The notes beneath the pieces are model-generated. The model was not told where the DNA came from. It did no database searches and worked only from the letters and a program-made list of their open reading frames with translations. This document shows, piece after piece, positions 13,156 to 27,505 of a stretch of 64,000 nt of DNA. Made by a program: the position numbers and the translations under genes. Within the stretch, counting starts at the first letter, position 1; each line of letters starts with the position of its first letter. Origin of the DNA: Amphiscolops sp. MND2022 (taxonomy: Eukaryota); the NCBI GenBank assembly GCA_964187785.1, contig OZ076413.1:47432001-47496000 (forward strand), given 5' to 3'.

Positions 13156-14794
13156 GTTCCAAGTCAATTTTTCTACTATTTCCACTAATTGTTCAAAAAT
13201 TCAGTGGTGGGGGGAACTGAAAAGAGCTATTCATCAATTTTACGAAGGAAAAACTATGTGTACATCCCGCCAAGAGAGAGGCGTGGATAAAAGTTTGTTT
13301 TCATGCTTGCTTGGTATTTCGAACACAAGTTTGACAAAATATGATCGAATGTTTTTTAAGACTTCTTTTTGAAGACCTTTAGCGCCTCCATTCTATTCTC
13401 GCATTCACCTTTCACGGCCGGAAATGCGACGCCGGTTTCAATTTTCTATAAATTCATTGCTAAATGGTTCCAATGATAATATTTTCAGATAACCTTTACT
13501 TTTGAAAACAGCAGGTTTCCTTGGGAAAAAAGTAAATCTTTTATTATTCGATAGTGCACCGGAAATTTTATTGTCATACAAACGGAGTGCATCATTCAAC
13601 CTGAAGTTGGCAGAACGTTGAAATTTTTTTCTATCGACAAATCACTGCGAATTCGCTCTCCTCATAATATGATCGTTCTCAGCCGTTCCAATGAGTATCT
13701 CTACCAAAATAGCATAACCAGAGGCACAAGTGGCGTTGCAATATTTTTCGTATACTGCTACATATTCGCATACTGTTACATTTCCAAGGACGGGCTTTTC
13801 AGGGTGATAAAAGACTTCTCTCACTGAAAATCTGACAGAAATCCGAATTTGTGTTCTTCTCCGAAAAATTTTTTTTAAAAGTACCACAGTGTCGAGATTA
13901 CCCAAAGGTGTGATCCTTTAGGCTTGAAAAACGCGTTTTATAAACTGGAAACATCACCAAACCGAAAACGCCATCCTCTAATAAGAAAAAATCATGAATA
14001 GTCACACAGAGCCAAAAACCGTAAGTGAGCCCTGTACACTAGCAAAAGCTTTTGTTCTTGCTCGAAATCAAACGGGGCTTCGGTTGAAAGAAAAGCAGAA
14101 AATATTTGGCCTTTCGTTCATCTTTGGGATCTTAAAAAATGCACTAGGATTAGTGCTGCAGTAAAACACCAGGTCTGTTGAAATTTGTGTGCACCGCTAG
14201 GCCAAATAGAGAGTAACTTCCATCTTTCGATCGATTGTAGGAGCTATTGCAGAAACTGCGAAGGAAATGAAATAATTCCCGTGGTAAAACGAAAAAAAAT
14301 CGTTTCTTAAGAAAACGAAAAATAACATTCGTGCTTGAAGTTTTTATGTCAATTTATGGCTATGGAGACTATTTCATTAACCTGGACTTTTTGCGGAGCG
14401 GATATCTTACCAATGAAGTGATATAGTTTTTAGCCAATATGGTAGCTTGAGTCAAATTAATTATAAGCAGTTAGAAACATTTTGAAACAAGTTAACTAAA
14501 ACTAGTTACCGGGAATTTTCAGATTTGATGGAAACGCCGATTAAGTACCAAAGTTTGCGAACACAAACTAAAATGAATGGTAGTGATTTTTTGTCGCAAT
14601 TCTTATTTGAGCGACTTTCTGAAACTCGAAAGGAATTGTTGATAAGCAAGAGCATCATTATAAGATACCATATGAGGTTTAAGTAAGTCAGAGATCACAG
14701 TACAATGCCTTTGGAAATGGAACTGGGCTTCGGGCACAAGTTACATCGGAGCGGGTTTTTATTATCTCAATCAGCTTGCTACTTTTCATAAGTA

Positions 14795-15466
14795 CAGTAC
14801 TGTGATTAAGAAAACGTCCCCCGGGGCGATTTCAGGCTCGATTTTTTCGAAATTTGTTGAGAATTTTGAAAAACATCAGAGAGAAAAGTTTCTAAGAATT
14901 TTAACTAGTTTATATGAGTATTTTTTAAATTCTTCTGCGACAAAAATTGAGAAAGGTATATATAGCTGATTTTGAGAAAATTTGGGACTATTTTCCGTTT
15001 TTCCAATTTTTGACCGGGTTATCTACATGTTTTTTTTTGCTAAGTGTTATGCTCGAATAACACGCACAAATCTTCTGAATCTATAGGTATTTTTCGACTT
15101 CAAAAACTATCAACTGTTTTCGAAATATCATGCTCGAAAAGTAAAGTTCCATCGATTTCCATGTATTAAGATAGGACCTGGACATTTAGCGGCAAAAACT
15201 GAGCTTATTGTTTCATTTAGAATGTTTTTGAAACAAAAAATGTATCATTGAATTCAATACAATCTGCAGAATATGATGATTTTAAAATTTTCTGAAAAAA
15301 ATTCAAAAACCTTCCCAAAATTGGAAAATAGCAGAAGTGTTCTCCCTGCGCGTGAGATTTCACTTGATGCGTCAATCAGAATTGAAAGTGAGAGCAAAAA
15401 AAAACATTCTTATTGGTTGATAACCACATTCACCGCATAGGGGGCGATTTATTATTCACAGTACTG
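14795..15466 (+). mobile_element. MITE of Tc1/mariner type (TA target site)
   Basis: TA|CAGTACTGTG...CACAGTACTG|TA; 672 bp, non-coding; homologous in inverted orientation to 23012-23674. Confidence 0.85.
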
Positions 15467-18400
15467 TACTTGTGAAACCGAAATGACAAATACTAAGTGA
15501 AACAAGACGGGAACGTCTAAAATCGTCGTCCCGCTCAAAACTCAACGAGCGCAAAGTTTCATTTGAATCCCTAGGTTGATTTTTCTCAACTTTTCATGTT
15601 TTTCGAAGGCGCAAAAATATCCAAAAGGGATACCTGGTGCCCCAAAAACACTTTTTTGTTGATGAAAACATCAAAAAAAACCATAATTCTTGCATTTTAG
15701 TTCAAAAAAAGTTGCACATTGCAAAAAACCTCAAGCAGGGGACTCTTTGTCACGTCAAACTTTGCAAACGAAGAAGTCCTTGCCAGGCACCGAACTGCCG
15801 GTCGTTTGCTTGGGAAGCGCGCATGGCTAAGGGTGGTCTGAAGAAACTCTGTTCAAAAAGTGGACGCTACGCATACATTCTGTTATCTCACGAAAACAAA
15901 ATTTGACTGTAATATTCCGGCACAATTTCTTACAAACTTTGCTGACCAAAAGTAAACATGAATGAGACTTTTGATGAATGAGATCCAAAAAAAACAAATT
16001 GAGAGTTTTGATCTTTGGGTAAAGTAGTCATTGCAAAAGATGAATATTTGAAAGTGGAACTGGAAAGTGAAGTCAGAACTTTTAAAACCGCTCATGTAGC
16101 AATTCTACCGGTGACTGTCGTTACATAATGTGTAAGATTGTTGGTTTTCAGTAGCTTTAACAATTTGCTGAGAATAGCTCCACTACAACTCAATTAAACC
16201 CGTAGGTACCATGGACGAGACAAGAACTGGCTGAGTATCTACATGAAGTTCTATTACTTTCAAAAGAAAAGAAGAATCAACTTAGTCAAAGACGGTTGGG
16301 ATAAATGTAACAAGGAAATCACGATCTTTTACTACTTTGTGATCTGTCCCTTTTCCGGGAGGTGTCTCAATACTCTATAGCTGTTTTCAAGTGTTCTTTC
16401 GCGAATGAAAAGAGCAGTTTGAAAGTCAATTAATACACAATAAGAATGTGAGACGATTAATACTCACAAGCAACCACGAAAAATAGAATGTATTATGCGA
16501 CAACATCGATAATAACGGAGAATAGTACGAATAGTATTAGGAGGAATATATTACAAAAAATCAACAACCAGGGTTTCAGCAAGGTTTGATTTAGTTATCC
16601 GTGATGATAGGGTGTGATATCTGCAAGAAATCGAATTAAGCGACTTTCCTCAATTCTTTTCTGTCGGTCTTGGAGTGAAAGCTATCAATGAATTCGAGGG
16701 CCACTGAACCCGTACCCAACAGACCACCCTACTGTCGAGTCAAAGTTCGTGCTAAGGAATGGCGGATCCGCGATCTGACAAGCAACTTCTAGAAGAAGGC
16801 ACAAAGGTCAGGGCCAATGAAAGCAAATCTGCTATCTTCATAATCCGGTGCCCGATGCGGAACGTAAACACTCCGTAAAAACTGCAGACCGTCTTCTAGA
16901 GAACTGCAAACGTTGTGTCTCTTCGTATTGGCGCACTGTTCGGCCAGAGTTGCTATTTAGGCAATTTAGTCACTTAAATATTCATATTTCGTCATGATTC
17001 CTATTTAGGTGCCTGACTAAATGTTGAGTAACCTCAAGTGTTGAGTTTGCCCTACTTCGGTACTAAAGGTTCTTCAGAAGAACCTTTTCGCGTCACTTGT
17101 CGGTCTTAATTCCATCTCCTTGTCAATAATGACTAGTGGTTTTACTCTGTTTTCAATTGAAATTAAGTGGAGGTATCACTTTCTCAATTTTTCCAATTTT
17201 TGCAAACACGACTTTACCTTGGACTCGATGATTGACATTTGCACTTTTTGTCAGGACCTCTTTCCCCATACAACCGCTGACAACCTCTTTCAACGAAATA
17301 TGGCTAAAGGAAAAATTCCCAACAAATTACAATGACCTAAAAAGCCATTTTATTTCGAATCCCAAAATGTCGGTTTACAAATTACACATTCTTTGGGCAA
17401 TAACTAGATGTTCCGATCACCGGGGCCAAAACTAAAAGTTTCATCTTAAAGGACATTTGAAGGAATACAAAAACGCTTTCCATCGTTAACTTTCTATTCT
17501 GACTGCTTCACGGTGAAAAACGCCGTTAATTAAAGTAGTCAAAAATCAGGTATCGACATTTGCAAAACTCTCGAATTAGGAGGGCTCGTACTCCTCTAAT
17601 TTGAAAGGTACAGCGTGGGGCTTATATACATCGCTAGCCCATGCCATTAGAATACTTTGCACTTGAGATGAGGTCTTTATCTTTTCGCAACAAAATTTGG
17701 TGGCGTTTTGTTGGGAAAGGGTCATTTTTATATTTTTGTGACCTGACCTTCGCTTTCAAAAAAAATATCTCGAAACCATGTCTTTTTTCGGAAAAACGCC
17801 CCGTCTGAAGGCTGTGCGCCAAACTCGTGTGCGTCTACCCTGAAAGTTTCAGACCGATATTTTTCAACACCTTTGGTGTTAGCATTTTGGTAGTTCGATC
17901 TTCCTATCAGCAAAAAGAAATCACAACTCTCAATTCTTGGCGGTTTTTTGCTAGCACGCCGCAATGCTTCATTCACTACTTTATTCACTCATTCACTTCT
18001 CAAGTACGCTGCAAAAGAGGCGGCTATTGTGCGCTTATACCTTGAGTACTAGGCAATAACATGCGAAAAACGGCTGTTTTGGCAAAATTTGGGCCCTTTT
18101 GAACGTTTGCTAGCTCGGATTTTAAACAGTACTAATTATTATTTTCCCCAATCAAAACAAGGTAGAGAGTATCTCGAATTTAGACCATATCCGAACTTTT
18201 CTCGCGATTGTAGCGATCATACAAAATTTCTAAAAGAAAGTGGAAATTCGTCAAAATTTCAAAAAAACCTACTCTCAAAGCCGCCTCTGTCAAGTTCCCG
18301 TTGTTGCACAGGGTTCACCTCTTCAACTTAAACATTCCTTTGGATGGGCTGTCGAATGCTGAAAACCGTTTGTTGATATCTTTTTTTCATCTTCGAGAAA

Positions 18401-21400
18401 TCGCGTTTCGATTTTTAATTTGTATTAAGAAGGGGGATAATTCTAAAGTGTGCGGCGGCCATTTTCCTATTACCTGTGCGTACAGTCACTCACAGCGTGT
18501 TCTCAATTTCATTCCTTTGGTGAGTTGCTTTGGTGAGTTGCTTTCCGCTTATGCTTATTCCGCTCCTCGTGAAGGTTTCACTCTAGCTCACTCTCAAACC
18601 AATGTATCAACAAAGCAATTTGACTGAAATTCTGTTCATAGCTAAAGGTGACTTCTGGTTCAATTTCTGTGGAAATTCGTTTCTCAAAAGTTCTGCAATG
18701 TTTACTCAACACGTAGTCAAGTCAAATAGGAACATTTATTCGTTTTAATTTTTCTTTATTCGCAATAGTAGCCGAGGAATTCGATGTCACAGTTTCCTTC
18801 CGATTAAAACTTTCATTCATAGTTTTAGGTGGTGGCGGCGGCCGTATAGCATTAATAGGTGGCGCAGCTTTGATGTACTTACTGTTAGCTTTATTTTCAT
18901 GGATATCACATCCATATATTCTACCTTGCTGATGGTATAAAATTTAAATACACATCATAACATGATCAAAAGTCGAACTCCTACATAATGTTAATCAATA
19001 GCCAATGATAAAACGTTAATCAATAAGCAATAACAGCTTCGCTTCAAGTTTCCAAATCTTGAGAACACCTATGTCCTATTTCAGTCAAAACCCAATTTAT
19101 CAAAGTTTAGGCATTGACAGCCCAGGACCTCATTTGCTTAGTTTCACGGATGGTGAAATAGCCGGTAGACAGTGAAGTCAAATCTTGATGTTGCCATCCT
19201 TTGTTATGTTACCCAATTTGAACTACAGTGAGCACACTTCATACAGAAAAGCTGTGGGTGAAGCGGACTCGGTTATCAGATATTCGATATTTTACACCCG
19301 TCGGTTATAATTCTTAAATACTCGGCTATAACGAATTCGGGTTGGTAAATATTTTTGATATTTATTATGAATAGTTATTATAGAGAACTCTTCCTCAGAA
19401 CATGTTCTGTCACATTGAACTCTGTTGAGTACACTACTGTTCACTTAAGCTGCTGGTAATGTGTTATCCATTCCAAACTGCAAAGTGCCAAAAGCTTTAG
19501 TGAACGATTGTGTAGTTTTTCGACAATACGATACAACAAAATATTTGAGCAACTATTTTCATTTATCGACTACGCTTCGTTATTTTCCTCTATCCATTTT
19601 CCTCTTTTCTGCTGGTTAACTAGATTCCGTTCAGAATGGTCATGGCTTTCTCCACAATTACAAGCAGTTGCTTTTGAAACAGTTCGATTCAAAATATCGA
19701 TCGAGTGTCAAGAGCAATCCTTTTGAACTTCTGGAGAAAGGTATCATTTTTAAAGCTTCTGTTAAGAGTTAAAAATGGTTGAGTATCAAACGTATTATAC
19801 CTTATAATCGTTCCGCTCTTTCAGTAATTTTGAACCGTTGACCAAATTCTGTTGGAATCTCAGAAACTTTTTAGGGACCATGGGAGCTTCAATAAAGTGT
19901 TCGTGTCATAAGATTATTTTTGTCTTGTAGAAGTGTAGATGTCCGAGAAAAAAACTGAAGTTCAAAAATTATTTTTTTTTCATGATTTACACATTCTCCA
20001 TTTGTGGAGCGTAAAATAGTTAAGTGAAAGACAACTAGATTGCTTTTCAACGATGAACTCTAAACACCCGTTGATTCATCCCAAAATGCCAATGGCTGAA
20101 ATTCAACTTCAAATGTATCTGTTCTAACGACTCTTCTTTGATGTAAGAGATATTATCTCTTCTATAACGAAGGATTGATCAGACAACACTGGTCAATTAA
20201 AAACGGGAGTTTATCATGAAATTATCAAACGAATGATTAAGACATCAATAATGAAACACAGATATCTGAGACAAGAAGACGAACAACTAGACACCGAATA
20301 AGAAGAATATGTCGGACTTTTATACAGTGAACAATGCATATGTTTATTCACTAGACCTTTGCTTCGCACGAAACAAATTCACAATCAATGAACCAAAATG
20401 TATTCAACTGTCACTATAATTCAAAACAATATTTTTTTATTTGTTTGCCAAAAAACTTCCCTAGTCCTTCATTAGGGAAAAATTATATTCATGGCATTTT
20501 TTCTCGCACTTGTTTTTTTATTTTTAAAAGATTTTTTTGTGAAATTGGCTATAACTTTTTTTATTGAATTCGATTGCATGTTAGGGAAACGAAGCGAACC
20601 CTATCGGTCATCAGATTTTCGTATACGAAATTTGACTTTCCAGTCCAGTATTTGTGACCGTTTCGAAGTTTTTCAACTTTGAACCCCAATTTCACCTAAC
20701 TTACTCGGCAAGACTGTGTAATTTTCTCCCTTAAAGTTTGGTTTTGAAAATATTTGAGCTCCGTGCATTTTTAAACAAAACAATTAGAAAAATTCGAATG
20801 AGAAGTTCTCGATACTTTCTGTCACTTTGAAGCCCTTAATTTCCAAACTGAGGATAGCTATATCAGAAATTCTGCGTTCTCTTTTGGCGTATTTTCCACT
20901 CTGCTCAAAGTTTTGCATTGTGTTTTCCTAAGAAAAACCGAAGGACGTTCAATTTATTTCAAAAAATTTTTGCCAGCTTAACATCGAACAAACGAGTTGA
21001 CACACAATCAAAGCAATTAATTCAAAAATTTTTTGCTGCCTGCTTTTTTCTTGACCGGGAGACTTGAAAAACTTTGCTCCTTATTTTATGCATTTTTCTG
21101 GAAAGGTTTTGAGATGATACTGGATTTCCTCCACGTAACCCTCTTCGCAAAACATTGGTCAGTCTTTTCCTGCGAATTTTCATGATTTTGGCGCTGAGCA
21201 TGTTATGTTTCATTTTTGCGGACCTCCAGAATTATCATGTGAGGTCCTTTAATACGTGTGGTCATTACGATTAGAATCTTGTAGAAGTTTGTGTTTTGGT
21301 TACTTTTTTTCAACAATACATCTTATGTATGGTATACATGATACTACAATACAAAATGCCATTGCCATTCTGAAATAGTAGAAAACAAACTTCGAGGCAG

Positions 21401-22366
21401 TCAAATTTATAGAAATACGACCACTATTTGAAAGAAAATGAAACCATGACAGTTGATATGTTTTGTTTAAATCACGCCTTTTACGTTGAGTAGCCGCGAC
21501 AATAATTTTAAAGAAAGGCCAAAAAGTCAAAAGCTAGTCTGTTTTGTGGAAATGTCGCGTTGCTTCACGCCAACTAACTTGGTCCGAATTTTTTCTATTA
21601 AACTTTCATCAAAATAGACTGTCCGGTTCTTTCCCAAAATGGCATTTGAGACAAAAATAATATGAAGCATGATGTCCTAACTTCAGACAAAAAGCGCATT
21701 AGTGCGTGAAAGCTCAATAGCAAAAAATTCTATATATGGTCAAGTTTCTAAGTCTGTAAAAAATGATACTCAAACACTCAACACCATATGCATTCCACAT
21801 TTAGAACTGTGCATTTTTTCAATGATTTAAACTTGGTTTGTCGGTTAACGTCCTTTCCAAGTCAATTTTTGAAACAATGCTTGAGTAAGCTAGAAAAAAA
21901 AGAAAAAGTGTCATGGGAATCATTGACCGGAAACTATCCAGGACTGTTTCACGCGAATTGACTGGAAACAAAACTATAGATTTTTAAACATCTCACGCTC
22001 GTCGTCTGCGTTCAAAAACGACTTCAAATCTGCTGAAAGGAGCCATTTAAATTTGAATTGATTTTGAAATGACCACATTGAACAAAAAAAAAACAGAAAA
22101 TACTCATAATTAACATTAAAAGGGTCTTTATCTCCATTTTTGCAATCAGTTCAACGCTTGCAGAAAAACTAAGTTGAAAATCAGGGAAGAAATTCATAAG
22201 CTAACCAATTTTTGTTCATTGCTGAAACTGGATCCCGGGGGCGCAACTAACAAAGTAAATAAACTCTACTGTGTCCTCCATCATCGAATGTGGTTTGTAT
22301 TTATCTATTTATACTCTTCGTTCCTTTCTATACTTTATCAATTGATGAAATACAACTTTTTCTAAC

Positions 22367-22483
22367 CATGACTAGAAAGCAGTTGTACACAAAATACTTG
22401 AACTTCCTCTGGACGTTGCACCTTAGCACCAACAGGTCATCTGACCCAACACTCCCGTCCTCGTCCACGTTGTTCTCCCCCGT
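22367..22483 (-). CDS. Exon of host pLGIC (loop C, beta10, pre-M1 and start of M1)
   Basis: ctattttcag acceptor and gttaga donor, 117 nt, phase 0-0. TGENNVDEDGSVGSDDLLVLRCNVQRKFKYFVYNCFLVM contains the conserved pre-M1 Arg followed by aromatics. Confidence 0.85.
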
Positions 22484-23011
22484 CTGAAAATAGGTCGACC
22501 AATCAGAATCGGAGAAACAATCACACAGCCTTGTAACCTTGAGCAAGTGATTTTAATCTAAAAAGATCACTTTCAATGACATAGGTCATGACTGAGTTCA
22601 ATGTAAAATTTCTAAGCCAATCAGGCTGCAACGTGAACAAAAAACGAAACGCACAAAAGTTTGCGCTTCGCAGTCGTAATATTGATAAACAAGAGAGTGA
22701 AATTAGTTCAAATTTTCTGTCGATCATTTAGAATGAAGCCCTTGTTACATAATCTTATCTTCAATTAGGAATGGTTTGAACAATAAAAAAAATCAGAACA
22801 TTGCTACCCAGTCATTTCGTTCTCATTTTTGATGCGTGAATATTCTTTGCTTGAAAAGAAGTTGCCAGTTTGAATAAATAATTGACAGCTTGTGAAACGT
22901 ATGTTGACAGATATTTGAAACTTCAAGATCTTGAGAAATTTTGTGCATTCTGTTTTTTTCAGGTTTCAAAAATTTCGCGAGACCAGAACTAGTTAATCGT
23001 CGCTGAAAATA

Positions 23012-23674
23012 CTGTGCTGTGATTAAGAAATTGTCCCCCTATGTGCTAAGCGTTGTTATCAACTAATTAGAATTGCGTATTTGTTCTCACTTTCAATTCT
23101 GATTGGCGCATCAAGTGAAATCTCCGGCGCAGAAAGAACACTTCTGCTATTTTCCCAGTTTTGGGCAGGTTTTTGAAATATTTTCCCGAAAATTTTAAAT
23201 TCATCGAATTCTGCAGATTGTATAGAATTCAATGATATATTTTTTGTTTCGAAAACATTCTAAATGGAAAAAAATAGCAGTTTCCAAAACGTTCACTTCC
23301 TATCTTAATACATGTAAATCGACGAAATTTTACCTTTCGAGCATGATATTTCAAAAACGGTGGATAATTTTTGAAATCTAAAAATACCCATAGATTCAGT
23401 AGATTTGTGCGAGTTATTTGTGCATAAAACTTGCCGAAAAACTGTGGATAAAACGGTCAAAAATTGGTAAAACGGAAAAAAAGCCCCAAATTTGTTCAAA
23501 GTCAGCTATTTTTAACTTTCTCAATTTCTGTCCCAGAAAAATTTAAAAAACACTAGTGTAAACTAGATGAAATTCTAAGAAACTTTTATTTCTTGTTTTT
23601 CAAATTTTTCAACAGATTTCGAGAAAATCGAGCCTAAAATCGCCACGGGGGACGCGTTCTTAATCACAGTACTG
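23012..23674 (-). mobile_element. MITE, second copy of the 14795-15466 family
   Basis: TA|CTGTGCTGTGATTAAGAA...TTCTTAATCACAGTACTG|TA; the interior matches the reverse complement of copy 1. Confidence 0.85.
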
Positions 23675-23769
23675 TACCTTTTGTGAAGTCAAAAATAAAT
23701 GTCGACGGTACCAGTTAACTCTCTTATCTTTTTGAGCATTCGTAAGAACGTCTTGTACAGCAACACGAT

Positions 23770-23967
23770 TTCGAAGTCGCAATTTTTCAAACAACGGTGT
23801 GCCGTGGCATTGGAGATAAGTCGTCTGGCTGTAAGCAGAAGGTCAGAAAGCCGGAGTTTTGTGTTTCGATTAACGCGGCCCAGAAGCTGACGCTTGATTT
23901 TTCTTGTGAGTACAGATTTTCGATTAGTTTTAAACTTTCGCACTTTATTGGCTTGGTCTGATAACAC
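23770..23967 (-). pseudogene. Possible Tc1-like transposase HTH fragment
   Basis: RKSVLTRKIKRQLLGRVNRNTKLRLSDL...ISNATAHRCLK resembles the second HTH of Tc1 transposases. No catalytic domain or TIR was recognised. Confidence 0.4.
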
Positions 23968-24581
23968 TGTCAGAACTATTTAACATGCCTTCGTTTTTTG
24001 ACAAAAACGTCTGAGATAATTCAAATCTAAACCTAATTTGTGATGACTAGAAATTTAATGATCTAAATTGTCAATTATTACTCTCACGTTTTCGAGTGTT
24101 TGGAGGTAAAAGTTCAAGTTTTAAAATTGTTCTCGCACTGTTTTGGCTTTAACGAAACTGAGGACGCTAACACTATGCTTATTGCTCATTTTTGTGACCA
24201 TTTCCTTAACAGGAAACGTTTTGATTTCGAGGTCAAATAATTATTGAAAAAAAGCAAAAAACAGTACACGGAACTCAAATTGTATTTGAATAGAGATACC
24301 CATTGTGAGGGCTTGGAACAAAAAATTATTGCAAAACAAGCATCGAACCATTGAGTCACGTAAACTTGTTGTCCTCTACTGAGGTTTTTGACACTGCATT
24401 GGACCTCAAAGTACCAGTCCATCTTGACAAACGCTCGTGGTATTTCTATTTTGGTTTATCAAGCGATTTCTGCATGCTTCGAATTCTGTGATTCGACATA
24501 TCTGTTCTTCAAAAGTTTTTGACCAACCAAACTCAACATCTATCCTATCCACGAAAATTTTAAAAATTTAACCAATTATAC

Positions 24582-24716
24582 CTGGACCATTTTGAAAAGA
24601 TTCCATTCTTGATGGTCTTGGAACGCTTTTTCGTTGAGAATTCCAGGAATATCGCCTACTTCTAAGAAAAATCGTTCTTTACTGCGATCGTCGAGGTACA
24701 GCCGGATGCAAAGGTC
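24582..24716 (-). CDS. Exon of host pLGIC (extracellular domain after the Pro-loop)
   Basis: ttgtttcag acceptor and gtataa donor, 135 nt, phase 0-0. DLCIRLYLDD...AFQDHQEWNLFKMVQ contains the conserved EW motif. Confidence 0.8.
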
Positions 24717-26136
24717 CTGAAACAAACAAAATAAAGGTGAATTTGAGGATAATTCTAAAGAGATTTGAATTTTAGTTCTCGCCAAAACTGTGATGCAAAA
24801 ACTGAGTTTAAGCTAGAATAAATTGATTTGAAGAATTTCATTCAAAGCATACAACCTCAAAAGCCAATTTATCTACATCTTGTACGGATGTGGCAAAGTG
24901 TTTCATATACTGCGAAATTGTGACGAGCGACTTGATGAAATCTGATTGTATGAAATGAATATTCTTTACCATTTCTCCACTTTCTCAGTAGTTTTTGTTG
25001 AAAAGAATTCAAAAAACTGTCGTTTTGACCATTCGCTGTTATCGTTATGTACTGAAAACGACATCCATTAAGCATTCAACTGTTCACAAAAACAATTTTA
25101 TATGATTGACACCTTTTGATAGCACTTTGTTGCCATACTTTGGTATGGAAGCTAAATAGTTTTCGCTCGCTGAATCCAAGGTTCTTCAAAAAATTTCTCA
25201 AATGTCAAAAAAGTTCGTTAGCCATATTCCTTGATTCAAATAAAAATGGCATTGTTAGAAGCATAATATTGGGACATTCCTTTCTCTATGACTTCCAAAA
25301 ATGGGTGGAGCTTGTTTTCAGCGAATATCAAAAAGCTCAAAGGAAGGAGCTTGTTTTAAGCCAGAGTCAAAAAACTTAAAAGTGACGTTTTTTCTTTCAT
25401 TAACTATTTGCCATAAAATGAAAGCGTTCAGAAGAACGTTTCATTATTTTCGAAAAAATCCGGTGTCAAGTACATTTTGACATTTCTAATACAGTTAATG
25501 TTTCCGATTGCAATCAATAGAGAACTTCATAAAATATAGCAGATTTCTGTTAATTATCGGAAGCAGATTCATAATGAAGACCTCATTTCAGCACATTTTC
25601 AAACTTATTGTCGCAGGGTTATCCCTGCGAGATGTCCAAAGTGCAGCACCATTGAAGCAGTCAACTCCGAACGCCCAGCAATTCAAAAAACCAAGATAAA
25701 ATAACAAACATTTCAACTCTTTTCTTAATTTAAAACACTGTTATTGTTCTCATGTTTGAAACTGCGTTTTAATGAAATAAATCAGCTAAGCGAGTAGAGT
25801 TACCTGTTACCAAACCTCTGTTTTACCTACTGTAAATCATTAAGGAGACGTAATATTACATATCTATAATATGCCTAAAGATTCAGGATATTCTCCGCAT
25901 AATTTTGCAGATATGTCTTGAAAACAGTGTCTACTCCGAAACATCATGACGAAATCGTACACACTTGTGCTCACACATTAAGCTGCATTATGCGGTTCGA
26001 ATTAATCAACATATGCGGTATTACAGACAAACAGCATGATTATAGTCTTGTTTGCGCTTACATATCATGATATAATATGCGGTTTGTATGAAACAGTTCT
26101 GGCGGAATTATACCAATAAACAGCATAACTTGTTAT

Positions 26137-26414
26137 TTTCCGCCCACATAAATGGGGGATGAAAATCATGATCTGTGACGCGTTTTTTTTACAAATTCTG
26201 CCAAAACTCCACATTATATCCACTCCATCGAGTGATGTGCACTTCAGTTATTGCTTTCCCAGCCGGTAGGTCGTGGGTTCAAACCCGGGCGGGTGCTTGA
26301 AGTTTTTTCGTGTTTCCCAGCCAGTAGGTCGTTGGTTCGATCCTCTCTTTCGCCATACGTTTTTTGCAATAAGATTGTCGCGGAAAATATCCAGGTGCTT
26401 AGCGGGCGTCTTGT
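26137..26414 (+). mobile_element. Helentron/HINE-like non-autonomous element
   Basis: Starts TTTTCCGC, has the subterminal inverse GCGGAAAA at about 26380, then a GC-rich segment and terminal TCTTGT. Homologous ends at 28251-28632. Confidence 0.5.
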
Positions 26415-26746
26415 TTATTACTCTGAACTAATCTGCGACTGTCACAACGCTATATTTAGCCGTTTAAGGGGTTTGATATAATGATTTTTCTACCATATGA
26501 CCCTCAAAACATGACGATTTGATGATTAGAAATCAATTAAGATGATTAGAAAAAAATTGATAGACATGCTACTAAAAATAACACTCAATAAAATACTTTG
26601 AGAAGAGACTATGGGGAAAAACTTTCCCCACAATCATTTACCATAAAACTATTTCACAGTATAGTCACTCACATTTGCCATACAACTCATCAACAACGCA
26701 CGCTGAGACCCTAATTTTTCTGCAGTTTATCCCTCTGCTCTGTAAA

Positions 26747-27505
26747 TGTCGGAACGTGTTGACGTCTCAGAACTTAGGACAACTTGGTGGTTCCCTTCCT
26801 TGCTGGTTGAGATTTTCTGAGTCAGGGCTCTCACACTACTAGTCAACTCTCCAATCTGCCTGTTCATATCTATAAATCTCTGCTCTATTCTGAGCCTTTC
26901 GTGGTCTCTCTCCATTGACCTCATTGTCTCGCCGTCATTCTCATCAAAGTAACTTTCACGGTAGTGGTCAGGTACACTGACATTATCATCATTATCAGAA
27001 GGTCTGTTGTATTCGGATTGCTCTATTCTGTTTTCTCTGAGGGTTTGCGATCTGGTGCTTATCATTTTTTTCAAAGTATTGGGTTAGTTTTGGTAAGATT
27101 TTGAATTAATATTGAATGGAAAAAATGTTAACGTTATTGATACGTAAGTAAGGTATTAAGTTTATTTCAAGATCGTGTAGATATGTCTGGTTCCAACTAA
27201 TTGTTTTGGTTGTTGGTTTGAATCGATGCACTACATGGTTGAAGATCGCAACTACTGAATGAAAATGAATTGGTGGTTACAGCTTGATAAGTCGGAAATG
27301 ACTTTCATGAATCACTAATCGATGCACTGTTTAAATAAATGTTGAACTGCATAAAATGATTTCAAGTAAAATGACGACTGGATTGGCCGGTCGCTCTTTT
27401 CTGTAAATATATTTTATCAGTTTTTAGCTTGTGTTGAACTTCAATTGCAGTCTCTGGTGACTGGGACGTGTCGTCGTTAATTTCATCATGGCGTTCGGCA
27501 TGACA
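26747..27505 (-). mobile_element. Solo LTR (about 759 bp) carrying a Gag-N-like ORF
   Basis: Minus strand TGTCA...CGACA with TSD GTAAA at 26742-26746 and 27506-27510. ORF MISTRSQTLRE... (27065-26747) is open to the LTR end. Alternative outer ends (CA|GTAAA at 27707 and 27845) cannot be excluded. Confidence 0.7.

Noticed and set aside
13160..22300. Short ORFs in AT-rich intronic DNA (also 47800-58900)
   Set aside because: Low-complexity K/F/N-rich translations, mostly non-ATG starts and no recognisable motifs; consistent with chance ORFs in decayed repeats.
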